Assembly: GCA_050953065.1 (NCBI GenBank)
Contig: JBMNLZ010000002.1
Coordinates: forward strand, 160,001-224,000
Reading direction: 5' to 3'
DNA from: Bacilli bacterium
Lineage (GTDB): Bacteria > Bacillota_I > Bacilli_A > ML615J-28 > CAG-698
DNA: 64,000 bases
Below, piece by piece: positions 48,645-57,541 of the stretch. The position numbers and the translations under genes were made by a program. Position 1 is the first letter of the stretch, and each line of letters opens with the position of its first letter. The notes beneath the pieces are model-generated. The model made no database searches. It had not been told where the DNA came from and saw nothing but the letters and a program-made list of their open reading frames with translations.

Positions 48645-50330
48645 TTATTCTGCAACACTCATAATTGGGATTATCATTGGACGTCTTTCAGTTAAACTAT
48701 AGATATAGTTTTTTAATTCTGAAGTGATATACTCTTTAATTTCATCAATGGTTGCATAATTATTATTTTTTAAATAATCATCATAAAGTTTGTTGGTTTG
48801 TTCTTTAATATTATTAATTAAATCTTCTGAACTTTTAGAATAAATAAAACCACTTGAAACAATCTTAGTTTCAGCAATTCTTCTATAATACATATTTACA
48901 ATAAAAACAGTTGCAAGCATTCCATCTTCTCCAAAAGCTTTTCTATCTGAGACTATTTGTTCATCTACTATAGTGTTATTATCATCAATGTAAGTAATGC
49001 CAGTTGGAACTTGATAATGTGCGAAAGCTTTATTTTTTGTAAAGGTTAAAACCTCACCATTGCCTAGAATAAAACAATTCTCAGGTTTTACTCCAGTTGA
49101 AACAGCTAATGCTACATGTTTTTTAAGCATTGAATATTCACCATGGATTGGAATAAAGTATTTTGGTTTTGTTAGAACTAACATTAATTTTAATTCATCT
49201 TCTGAGGCATGTCCTGATGTGTGAGTGTCTGTTAGTGGACTGTCTATTATAACGTTTCCTCCAGCTTTAAATAATTTATTGATAGTTCTATTAATACTAG
49301 CTTCATTTCCTGGAATAGCAGAAGAAGAAAAGATGATTGTATCTTTTGGTTGTATCTTAATGTGATTATGAGTTCCATCTGCAATTCTTGATAAAGCTGC
49401 CATTGGTTCACCTTGTGAACCAGTGCTTAGAATAGTTAAGTTTTCAGGTAAAATATGTGAGAATTCTTTAACTGAAATAAATGTTGCTGGTGGAGCAGAG
49501 ATATAGTTGAGTGCTTTAGCAACATTAATTGTATTTTGCATACTTCTACCAAAAATAATAATTTTACGATTGCTTTCAACACTCGCATCAATTATTTGTT
49601 GGACTCTATAAACATTAGATGCAAAAGTTGAAATAATAATTCTGCCTTCTATGCTTTTAAAAAGTGATTTAATATTTTCACCAATTTTTTGTTCAGATAC
49701 TGAAAAGTTAGTCTCGTAAGCATTAGTACTATCTGATAATAAACAAAGAACTCCTTCTTCAGAATAATTGGTTAGTTTTTTATAATCTGCTTGAGGACCA
49801 AGCGGTGAGAAGTCAAACTTAAAGTCTCCAGTATGAAGGATATAACCTAATGTTGTCTTGATAGCAATTCCAAAAGAATCAGGAATGCTATGATTAGTTC
49901 TAAAAAAAGAAACTTGAAAGTTTTTAAAACTATAAATACTATTATCTTTAAACTCAACGATATTAGCATTAAGTCTTCTATATTCAGATAGTTTACTTTT
50001 GATAAGTCCTGCTCCTAAACCGTTGGCATAAATTGTTGGAATTTTTACTTGATAAAGTAATTGAGGAATTCCACCAATATGGTCTTCATGTCCATGAGTA
50101 ATAAATAAACCAACTATCTTTTTTTGATTTTCTTTTAGATAAGTAAAATCAGGAACAATATAGTTTACTCCATAATTTGATTCAGGAAAAAACATTCCTG
50201 CATCAATAATAATAATTTCATCATCACATTCAACAATATACATATTTTTACCGATTTCATTTAAGCCACCTAAAGCAAAAATTTTAATATTGTTGTCATC
50301 AAAATAATTTATAATAGGTTTTTTTTCCAT
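48645..50330 (-). CDS. rnj: Ribonuclease J
   Basis: ALGGLNEIGKNM, THGHEDHIGG, NHSIPD, HTSGHA, PIHGE. Confidence 0.96.
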   Translation of the reverse strand: MEKKPIINYFDDNNIKIFALGGLNEIGKNMYIVECDDEIIIIDAGMFFPESNYGVNYIVPDFTYLKENQKKIVGLFITHGHEDHIGGIPQLLYQVKIPTIYANGLGAGLIKSKLSEYRRLNANIVEFKDNSIYSFKNFQVSFFRTNHSIPDSFGIAIKTTLGYILHTGDFKFDFSPLGPQADYKKLTNYSEEGVLCLLSDSTNAYETNFSVSEQKIGENIKSLFKSIEGRIIISTFASNVYRVQQIIDASVESNRKIIIFGRSMQNTINVAKALNYISAPPATFISVKEFSHILPENLTILSTGSQGEPMAALSRIADGTHNHIKIQPKDTIIFSSSAIPGNEASINRTINKLFKAGGNVIIDSPLTDTHTSGHASEDELKLMLVLTKPKYFIPIHGEYSMLKKHVALAVSTGVKPENCFILGNGEVLTFTKNKAFAHYQVPTGITYIDDNNTIVDEQIVSDRKAFGEDGMLATVFIVNMYYRRIAETKIVSSGFIYSKSSEDLINNIKEQTNKLYDDYLKNNNYATIDEIKEYITSELKNYIYSLTERRPMIIPIMSVAE

Positions 50331-50343
50331 AAGTTTTTATTTT

Positions 50344-50937
50344 TTATAAATTGTCTTCATCAATTAGGCTACTACTATTTTCAGGAGCTGAAAAAGGGTT
50401 AGCTTTATTGATTCTGTCAATATATAAAATTCCTTTTAAATGATCATATTCATGTTGAAAAACAATTGCTAAAAAATCTTTCATTACAATAGTTTTTTCT
50501 TCTAATTCGTTTGTAATAAAATTTAAAAAATGAGCTTTAACAGTGATTATTTTAGCTCTTGGAACGATTCCATCAATAGCCATTTCTTCAACTGATAGGC
50601 ATCCCTCACCATTTGGCAAGTATGTTTTTTTTATAGATTCAGAAATTATTTTTGGATTAACTACTCCAAAGCGTTGAGTTATTCCTTTATAGTCAACTAA
50701 GTTTATTGCAAACATTTGTTTAGAAATGTTTATCTGTGGAGCCGCAAGACCCACACCTGGTCTAATATCTAATTCTTTGGCTTTTTTTTCATCATAGCCA
50801 TTCTCAAGATATTCATCCATTAAGTAAAGTGTTTTTCTATCCTCATCACTAAGAGGTAAAAGGACCTCTTGAGCTCTAAGTCTTAATGTGGGATGATTAT
50901 CTTTTATGATGTCTTTATTTGTTAGCATGTATTTCAC
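50344..50937 (-). CDS. def: Peptide deformylase
   Basis: GVGLAAPQI, EGCLS, QHEYDHL.G. Confidence 0.96.
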   Translation of the reverse strand: MKYMLTNKDIIKDNHPTLRLRAQEVLLPLSDEDRKTLYLMDEYLENGYDEKKAKELDIRPGVGLAAPQINISKQMFAINLVDYKGITQRFGVVNPKIISESIKKTYLPNGEGCLSVEEMAIDGIVPRAKIITVKAHFLNFITNELEEKTIVMKDFLAIVFQHEYDHLKGILYIDRINKANPFSAPENSSSLIDEDNL

Positions 50938-51140
50938 CTCGTATATTATATTAACTTAAAAACTATAAAAATACAACTATTTATTACTTAAGAGTTAAAA
51001 TTTAACAAGATGATAGTATTTTGCTTTTAAAGGGTCTAAATTTGACCTTAGGTAGTCTTTTATTTCTTTTACAAGTAAATATAATATTAAATAATTTTAT
51101 TGAATAATTTAATTTAACGTGATAAAATAGAATTGTTCAA

Positions 51141-51232
51141 TTAACAGGGGAGCTCTTATATAAAAGGGCTGAGAGGTTATTATTAATAACGACCCTTTAA
51201 CCTGATCTAGGTAATGCTAGCGTAGGAAAGAT
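51141..51232 (+). ncRNA. TPP riboswitch
   Basis: GGGGAGC...GCTGAGAGG...GACCCTTTAACCTGATCTAGGTAATGCTAGCGTAGG; downstream hairpin TTCTTTG..CAAAGAA with T run; precedes thiT. Confidence 0.95.
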
Positions 51233-51293
51233 AATTCTTTTTCTTTCATTCTTTGGCATTCAAAGAATTTTTTTATTTTTAAAGGAGAAAAAA

Positions 51294-51917
51294 ATGAACA
51301 AACAAATTAGATTTATAGTAGATGTAGCGATCTTTTCAGGATTAGGATTAGTACTTGACTTAGTGGCTGAAATATATTCAGCAACTCTTTTTCCAAATGG
51401 TGGATCGATTGGTTTTGCAATGACTTGTATTTTTATTATGGCTTTTAAGTATAATCTTAAAGGAGGATTACTTAGTGGTTTTTTAATTGGAATTATTCAA
51501 ACTTTAATTTCATGTAAAACAGTTGGTTTTAATGCTTTAACAGTTTTTATTCAAATTGCTATGGATTATTGGCTAGCATATACTGTGGTAGGACTTGCTG
51601 GGATTTTTTCTAAAAAAATGCTTAATAGTGAAACTTTAAAAGAAAAAAATAAATTTTTTATTTTAGGAATTAGTTTAGGTGTTTTATTAAGATTAACCGT
51701 AGCTTCTCTTGCAGGAATTATCTTTTGGTCAGCGTATTTTCCAAGTCAATTTTTAGATAAAGGAATGCTAGGAATAATAATTTATTCTTTTGGATATAAT
51801 GCACTTTATTTAATTCCATCTGGAATTTTATGTGCGATTGTCTTAATTGCTCTTAACCATAAATTCCCTAAAATGTTTATAATTGAAGAATATGAAGAAT
51901 TTACAGATGTTAAGTAA
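51294..51917 (+). CDS. thiT: Thiamine ECF S-component ThiT
   Basis: PNGGSI, QIAMDYWLAY, GIIFW, YNALY; TPP riboswitch upstream. Confidence 0.9.
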   Translation: MNKQIRFIVDVAIFSGLGLVLDLVAEIYSATLFPNGGSIGFAMTCIFIMAFKYNLKGGLLSGFLIGIIQTLISCKTVGFNALTVFIQIAMDYWLAYTVVGLAGIFSKKMLNSETLKEKNKFFILGISLGVLLRLTVASLAGIIFWSAYFPSQFLDKGMLGIIIYSFGYNALYLIPSGILCAIVLIALNHKFPKMFIIEEYEEFTDVK

Positions 51918-51923
51918 AAAGAC

Positions 51924-51952
51924 TTGACAAGTAAAGCGAGTTAAGATATAAT
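51924..51952 (+). promoter_or_regulatory. Consensus sigma-A promoter of rpsP
   Basis: TTGACA-17 nt-TATAAT. Confidence 0.85.
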
Positions 51953-51984
51953 ACAACTTGTTAATATATTTTAAGGAGGAAAAT

Positions 51985-52257
51985 ATGGCAGTTAAAATTA
52001 GATTACAAAGATATGGTGCTAAGAAAAGACCTTACTATAGAGTAGTAGCAACTGATTCTACTAGTCCTCGTGATGGTCGTTTTATTGAAATTATCGGTAC
52101 TTATCATCCAATCGAAAAAGAAAATGTTTTAAAAATTGATGAAGAAAAAGCGATGAAGTGGCTTTTAAATGGTGCACAACCAACAGACACAGCAAAGTCT
52201 CTTTTATCAAAAGTTGGCATTATTGAAAAATTTACAAAAGCAAAACAAGGAAAGTAA
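51985..52257 (+). CDS. rpsP: 30S ribosomal protein S16
   Basis: [28 protein letters not shown]. Confidence 0.98.
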   Translation: MAVKIRLQRYGAKKRPYYRVVATDSTSPRDGRFIEIIGTYHPIEKENVLKIDEEKAMKWLLNGAQPTDTAKSLLSKVGIIEKFTKAKQGK

Positions 52258-52260
52258 TTT

Positions 52261-52503
52261 ATGAAATACGAAAAATATTTACTGGACTTAGTTAAGCCAC
52301 TTGTCTTACATCCAGAAGATGTAAAGACAACTATTTTAGCAGAAGAGGATGATACTATTACTGTTCAGATCATGGTTCATGCTGATGATTTGGGTCGTGT
52401 TATTGGTAAGAAAGGGCGCGTTGCAAATGCAATTAGAACAATTGCATATTCAACAGCTGCAAAAAACAACAAAAGAATTGAAATTTTAATTGATTCATTT
52501 TAA
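52261..52503 (+). CDS. khpA: KH-domain RNA-binding protein KhpA
   Basis: DDLGRVIGKKGRVANAIRT; follows rpsP. Confidence 0.93.
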   Translation: MKYEKYLLDLVKPLVLHPEDVKTTILAEEDDTITVQIMVHADDLGRVIGKKGRVANAIRTIAYSTAAKNNKRIEILIDSF

Positions 52504-52567
52504 GAAGATAATTTTATCTTCTTTTTTTATTGCAATAAAAAAAGAACTCATAAATTTATGAGTTTTT
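52502..52567. terminator. Pair of terminators between khpA and the convergent membrane-protein gene
   Basis: AAGAAGATAA/TTATCTTCTTTTTTT and AACTCATAAA/TTTATGAGTT hairpins. Confidence 0.75.
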
Positions 52568-52584
52568 GTTAGTTAGGTGGTTTT

Positions 52585-53019
52585 TTAATTTGTATTAGTT
52601 TTTGAAACACTGACTTCTTCAGATTGTTTTTCAGGATTTTTAAGTTCAACTTCTGAATTCTTTAGTTTTTGATAATTATTATTAATTGGAGTTTCTTCAT
52701 CTTTAGCATAATTGGCAAGTAAGAGAATAACTCCTCCAAGTATACTAGAAAAAATTAAAGTTAATATTCCAAAAAGTATTCTATCTTTAAAGATATGAAA
52801 AGTAAAAAGAATAGTAATTACTAACATTACTAAAAGTATAAATAAAAAGATTCCAAAAGTTTTATCGATAAAACTAACAATTTTTGGAGGGAAAAAATCT
52901 ATTATTCCAAGGCGAACACCTTCTAAGCATAAAGTTAAAATTACAATTTTAAAAACGATTATTATATAAGTAAAAAGCAAACCAGCAAAAGTAGGATTAT
53001 TATGTTTTTTTCTGCTCAT
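52585..53019 (-). CDS. Hypothetical membrane protein (about 3 TM)
   Basis: Hydrophobic segments, GILTLIFSSILGGVILL motif, GAGG RBS. Confidence 0.7.
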   Translation of the reverse strand: MSRKKHNNPTFAGLLFTYIIIVFKIVILTLCLEGVRLGIIDFFPPKIVSFIDKTFGIFLFILLVMLVITILFTFHIFKDRILFGILTLIFSSILGGVILLLANYAKDEETPINNNYQKLKNSEVELKNPEKQSEEVSVSKTNTN

Positions 53020-53129
53020 TTTTTATTACCTCGTTTAGGCTAATTATAATATATATAATTATTTTAGTCAAATTAAAAGATTTAATTTAATAAATAATTC
53101 AATAAAAACTTCAATTAAAGAGGTTTAAA

Positions 53130-53158
53130 TTGACAATCCTTTTTAATCGTATTATAAT
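53130..53158 (+). promoter_or_regulatory. Consensus sigma-A promoter for (arsR)-cadA-rimM-trmD
   Basis: TTGACA-17 nt-TATAAT. Confidence 0.85.
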
Positions 53159-53167
53159 AATTATAAT

Positions 53168-53192
53168 ACATCTTGAATATATATTCAGATGT
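53168..53192. promoter_or_regulatory. ArsR/SmtB (CadC/CzrA)-type operator
   Basis: ACATCTTGAATA-TA-TATTCAGATGT imperfect inverted repeat just downstream of the -10. Confidence 0.7.
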
Positions 53193-53224
53193 TTAAAAGA
53201 AGAAATAATAAAAAATTATAAGCT

Positions 53225-53430
53225 TTAAAAAAATTTAAAGCAGTCGTTAACAAGACTATTAAGGATTATTAATTTACTTAAAGATAAAGAATTAAGTGTT
53301 AATGAAATTGCTAGTATTAAAAAAAATAAAGATCATAAAAGGCTTTAGAAAGGGGGAGCATGTTTATTATAGAATCAATAATAATCATATAAACATGATT
53401 GATTAAGTAGATAAACATGTTAATCAATAA
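53225..53430 (+). pseudogene. Decayed ArsR/SmtB-family metal-responsive repressor
   Basis: Fragments FKAVVNKT / LRIINLLKDKELSVNEIASI / RKGEHVYYRINNNHINMID*VDKHVNQ*, with frameshift, internal stop and missing recognition helix. Confidence 0.75.
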
Positions 53431-53432
53431 GT

Positions 53433-55850
53433 ATGGGGAGCATTTTAAAAAAATACTTTATATTAAAAAATATTGATAATACAAACACATATAGAAAAAT
53501 TGAAATTGCTTTAGCAAAGAAATTTAAAAATGGCATTGCTAAAATAAATCCAGCTAATGATAATTTAGTTGTTGAGTTTAATACTGAAGAATATTTAGAA
53601 GAAGATTTAAAATTAATTTTTGAAGTTGTTAAAGAATATGCAGAAGATGTTGAAATTGAAGAAAAAGAAGCTAAAATTAAAATTAGAAAAACTTTAATTT
53701 TAGAAAATTTAGATTGTGCAAATTGTGCTGCTAAAATTGAAAGAATTGCTAAAAGAACATTTGATCATGAATTTATTGTAGTTGATTTTGTTACTTCAAG
53801 ATTTATTATTGAAACAACTGATAAAGATTTACTAGATCATCTTCAAGAAGAAGTGGCTGATATTGCAATTAGTGTAGATAGTAATATTGTTGTTTTAGAG
53901 AAACAAGAAAAAAGTAAAAAAGAAACTCAAAAGATTAGAATTGAAAGAAAGAAAGTTATTACATATAGTCTGGGAATGATTTTGTTTATTGGCGGAATGA
54001 TTACAAGACATTTGATAGGCTTATATACTGAATATAGAGTTCCATATTATATGTCACTGATTGTCTATTTAGCTGCTTATGCTTTACTAGGATTTGATTT
54101 AGTATATGGTGCGATTAGAAATATTATGTCAGGAAGGGTTTTTGATGAAAAATTCTTAATGACAATTGCAACTCTAACAGCTTTATTTATAGGTTCTTAT
54201 AATGAGGCTATCTTTGTATTGATTTTTTATAAGACAGGAGAATTATTACAACAATATGCAGTAAATTATTCAAGAAGATCAATTGCTGGATTAATTGATA
54301 TTAAACCTCAAAGTGCATTTTTATACAGTGATGGTGATATTACAGAAGTTGATCCAAGTGAGGTTGTTAAGGGAGATATTATCATTGTTAGAAAAGGTGA
54401 TAGAATACCTCTTGATGGAATAGTAGTAAGCGGGCATTCAGAATTAGATGTTTCTTCATTAACAGGAGAAAGTTTACTTAGAACAGTTGAAGCAGGAGAT
54501 GAAGTATTCTCAGGGTCTATTAATGTAGATGGACTTTTAAAAATAAAAGTAACTAAAGCATTTGAAGATTCAATGTGTACTAAGATTATAAATTTAGTAG
54601 AAAATGCTAGTACATTAAAATCTAAATCTGAAAATTTTATTTCAAAGTTTGCTAAGTATTATACACCTGCGATAGTTTTCTTTGCGGTGTTGTTAGCTGT
54701 TTTATTACCTTTTATGACAATTAATCAATATAATAGTTATTCTGAAGCTTTTCAAAGTTCAATTTATAAAGCATTAATCTTTTTAGTAATTTCATGTCCT
54801 TGTGCTTTAGTAATTTCAATTCCTTTAGGTTTTTTTGGAGGAATTGGAGCAGCTAGTAGGAATGGGATTTTAATTAAGGGAAGTAACTTTTTAGAAGCAT
54901 TAAATAATGTTAGTACAGTTGTTTTTGATAAAACAGGAACTCTAACTAAGGGTAAATTTAAAGTTGAAAAAATAGTTAGCACTTCTAGTATGAGTGAGGA
55001 TGATATCTTAGATTATTCTGCTCATTTAGAATCGCTAGCAAATCATCCGATTGCTAAATCAATCGTTGATTATTATGGGCTTCATCATATTAATACAACT
55101 GTTGTTCAGTTTGCTAAAACATCAAGTAGTAATGGAGTAGAAGGAACTGTAAAAAATACGCAAGTAGCATTAGGAAGTTATAAATTTATTTCTAAATTTA
55201 ATTTAGAAATTGAAGAGATAAATCTTCCTGGAGTTATTATTTATGTTGTAATAGATAATAAATATGTTGGTTATATTATTATTAAAGATGAAATTAAAGA
55301 TGAAACTGTTAAAGCATTAAATGAATTAAGAAGTTTAGGGATTAAAGATATTCAAATGATTACTGGTGATAGTTATGAAATTGCAAGTGAGGTTAGTGAG
55401 TCTTTAAATATTGAAAAGTTTCATGCTGAAAAAACTCCACTTGATAAAGTAGCAATTGTTGATAGTATTAAATCTAAATTATCAGTAAATGAAAAAATAG
55501 CTTTTGTTGGTGATGGGGTTAATGATGCTCCAGTTTTAAGTAGTGCTGATATTGGTATTGCAATGGGTGGTTATGGAAGTGATGCTGCAATAGAAGTAGC
55601 AGATATTGTTTTAATGAAAGACAATATGAATAAAATTCCACTGGCTATAAGAATTGCAAGAAAAACAAGAGAGATTGTAATTCAAAATATTATTTTAGCT
55701 TTAGGAATTAAAATCCTTGTTTTAGCACTTACTCCTTTTAATGGTTTAATTCATATTTGGGAAGCAATCTTTGCTGATGTTGGTGTTTCTTTACTAACAA
55801 TTCTTAATTCATTAAGAATTATGAGAATTAATAAAAAGAAAGTAGAATAA
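53433..55850 (+). CDS. cadA: Heavy-metal (Cd/Zn/Pb) P1B-type ATPase
   Basis: LDCANCAAKIE, LTGES, ISCPCAL, DKTGTLT, GDGVNDAP, AIFADVG. Confidence 0.92.
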   Translation: MGSILKKYFILKNIDNTNTYRKIEIALAKKFKNGIAKINPANDNLVVEFNTEEYLEEDLKLIFEVVKEYAEDVEIEEKEAKIKIRKTLILENLDCANCAAKIERIAKRTFDHEFIVVDFVTSRFIIETTDKDLLDHLQEEVADIAISVDSNIVVLEKQEKSKKETQKIRIERKKVITYSLGMILFIGGMITRHLIGLYTEYRVPYYMSLIVYLAAYALLGFDLVYGAIRNIMSGRVFDEKFLMTIATLTALFIGSYNEAIFVLIFYKTGELLQQYAVNYSRRSIAGLIDIKPQSAFLYSDGDITEVDPSEVVKGDIIIVRKGDRIPLDGIVVSGHSELDVSSLTGESLLRTVEAGDEVFSGSINVDGLLKIKVTKAFEDSMCTKIINLVENASTLKSKSENFISKFAKYYTPAIVFFAVLLAVLLPFMTINQYNSYSEAFQSSIYKALIFLVISCPCALVISIPLGFFGGIGAASRNGILIKGSNFLEALNNVSTVVFDKTGTLTKGKFKVEKIVSTSSMSEDDILDYSAHLESLANHPIAKSIVDYYGLHHINTTVVQFAKTSSSNGVEGTVKNTQVALGSYKFISKFNLEIEEINLPGVIIYVVIDNKYVGYIIIKDEIKDETVKALNELRSLGIKDIQMITGDSYEIASEVSESLNIEKFHAEKTPLDKVAIVDSIKSKLSVNEKIAFVGDGVNDAPVLSSADIGIAMGGYGSDAAIEVADIVLMKDNMNKIPLAIRIARKTREIVIQNIILALGIKILVLALTPFNGLIHIWEAIFADVGVSLLTILNSLRIMRINKKKVE

Positions 55851-55852
55851 AG

Positions 55853-56350
55853 ATGGATTATATTGAAGTTGGAAAAATTGTAGGAACTCATGGTATAAAG
55901 GGTGAATTAAAAGTATTATCTGATTCTGATTTTAAAAGTGAGAGATTTAAAAAGGGCAATGTTTTATATTTGAAAATAAATGATGAATATAAAGAAGTAA
56001 AAGTGTCTTCATATAGACCTCATAAAAATTTAGACTTAATAACTATTAATAATTTGTTTGATATTAATGAAGTTTTAAAATATGTTAATAAAGATTTATA
56101 TGTAAAAAAAGACCAATTAGAAAAATTAAATATAGATGAATATTATTATACAGAATTAATTGGTTTAGAAGTTGTTAGTTTAGAAAATGAATTAATAGGT
56201 GTTGTTAAAGATATTATGAGACTTCCTCAAGGAGAAGTATTAGTTGTTTATAATTCTAACAACAAAAGAATTTTAATTCCTTTTGTGGATGAATTTATTG
56301 TTGAAGTAAAAAATAAAGTAATTGTTAAAGTGATAGAAGGCTTAATATGA
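55853..56350 (+). CDS. rimM: Ribosome maturation factor RimM
   Basis: VGKIVGTHGIKGELKV, EYYYTELIGL, ILIPFV. Confidence 0.96.
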   Translation: MDYIEVGKIVGTHGIKGELKVLSDSDFKSERFKKGNVLYLKINDEYKEVKVSSYRPHKNLDLITINNLFDINEVLKYVNKDLYVKKDQLEKLNIDEYYYTELIGLEVVSLENELIGVVKDIMRLPQGEVLVVYNSNNKRILIPFVDEFIVEVKNKVIVKVIEGLI

Positions 56351-57072
56351 TAATTGATGTTATAACTATTTTTCCTGAAATTATAAAGAGTGCGATTAAT
56401 CAATCAATCATTGCAAGAGCTCTTGTAAATAATTATGTAGAAATTAATGTTTTAGATTTTAGAGAATTTTCTTTAGATAAAAACAAAAGAGTAGATGATT
56501 ATTCTTATGGTGGTGGAGCAGGGATGGTGATTGGAGTCCAACCAATAGTAGCTGCTTTAAAAAGCATTAAAGACTATCAAAGCGCTCATAAGATTTTAAC
56601 TTCTCCTGAAGGAGTTAAATATAATCAAAAAAAAGCTCATGAGTTAAAGAGTAAAAAGCATTTAATTATTATTTGTGGGCATTATGAAGGAATTGATGCT
56701 AGGATTAATAATTATATAGATGAGACTATTAGTTTAGGTGATTTTATTTTAACAGGTGGAGAGATTGCTGCTTTAGCAATCATTGATAGTGTTGTAAGAC
56801 TTATTGATGGAGTTTTAGGCAATAGCCAGTCACTAGAAACTGAAAGTTTTGAAATGGGACTTTTAGAATATGATCAATACACTAGACCTGAAGAGTTTGA
56901 TGGATATAGTGTTCCTGAGGTATTGCTTTCTGGAAACCATGAAAAGATAAGACAGTTTAGACGCTATAATGCAATAGAAAAAACATATAAAAAAAGACCT
57001 GATTTATTAGAAGAAGTATCTCTTAGTAAAGAAGATGAGAAAATTTTAAAAGAAATTAAGAATAAGGAATAA
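56347..57072 (+). CDS. trmD: tRNA (guanine37-N1)-methyltransferase
   Basis: VDDYSYGGGAGM, CGHYEGID, SLGDFILTGGE, VLLSGNH. Confidence 0.97.
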   Translation: MIIDVITIFPEIIKSAINQSIIARALVNNYVEINVLDFREFSLDKNKRVDDYSYGGGAGMVIGVQPIVAALKSIKDYQSAHKILTSPEGVKYNQKKAHELKSKKHLIIICGHYEGIDARINNYIDETISLGDFILTGGEIAALAIIDSVVRLIDGVLGNSQSLETESFEMGLLEYDQYTRPEEFDGYSVPEVLLSGNHEKIRQFRRYNAIEKTYKKRPDLLEEVSLSKEDEKILKEIKNKE

Positions 57073-57513
57073 TTGATGAAAAAATTATTTTTAGTATTAT
57101 TAAGTATGATAGTTTTTTTATTATCATCTTGCTGTGGAAGAGTATATAAATATAATCAAAATAATATTGATAGATTTGATTTGATTATTGAAAATAAATT
57201 AAATGGATTATATAGTCAAGCTTTAGCATATGATTTAAGAAAAGACTGTGATGATGGCCATATTGAAGGCTTTACTTGTGTAAGAGTTTTAGAAAACTCT
57301 TTAACAAAAGATGAGATTATTGAAATGATTTCGTCTTATAATAAAGATGCTGTTATTATTTTGATCTGTAGTGATGGATTAGAAAGTAGTGAAATTGCTA
57401 ATATTTTAAAGCGTAAAAATTATAAAAGCGTTCATTATTTTGAAGGCGGATATAATAATTATTGTGAGATTAAAGGCGATAGTTTTATTCCAAAAGTAGG
57501 GTGTGATTGTTAA
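57073..57513 (+). CDS. Rhodanese-like domain lipoprotein
   Basis: Lipobox LSSC; YDLR, GHIEG, ILICSDG..S, YFEGGY. Confidence 0.75.
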   Translation: MMKKLFLVLLSMIVFLLSSCCGRVYKYNQNNIDRFDLIIENKLNGLYSQALAYDLRKDCDDGHIEGFTCVRVLENSLTKDEIIEMISSYNKDAVIILICSDGLESSEIANILKRKNYKSVHYFEGGYNNYCEIKGDSFIPKVGCDC

Positions 57514-57541
57514 TGATATATTTTGTTTATAGGGTGAGCTT

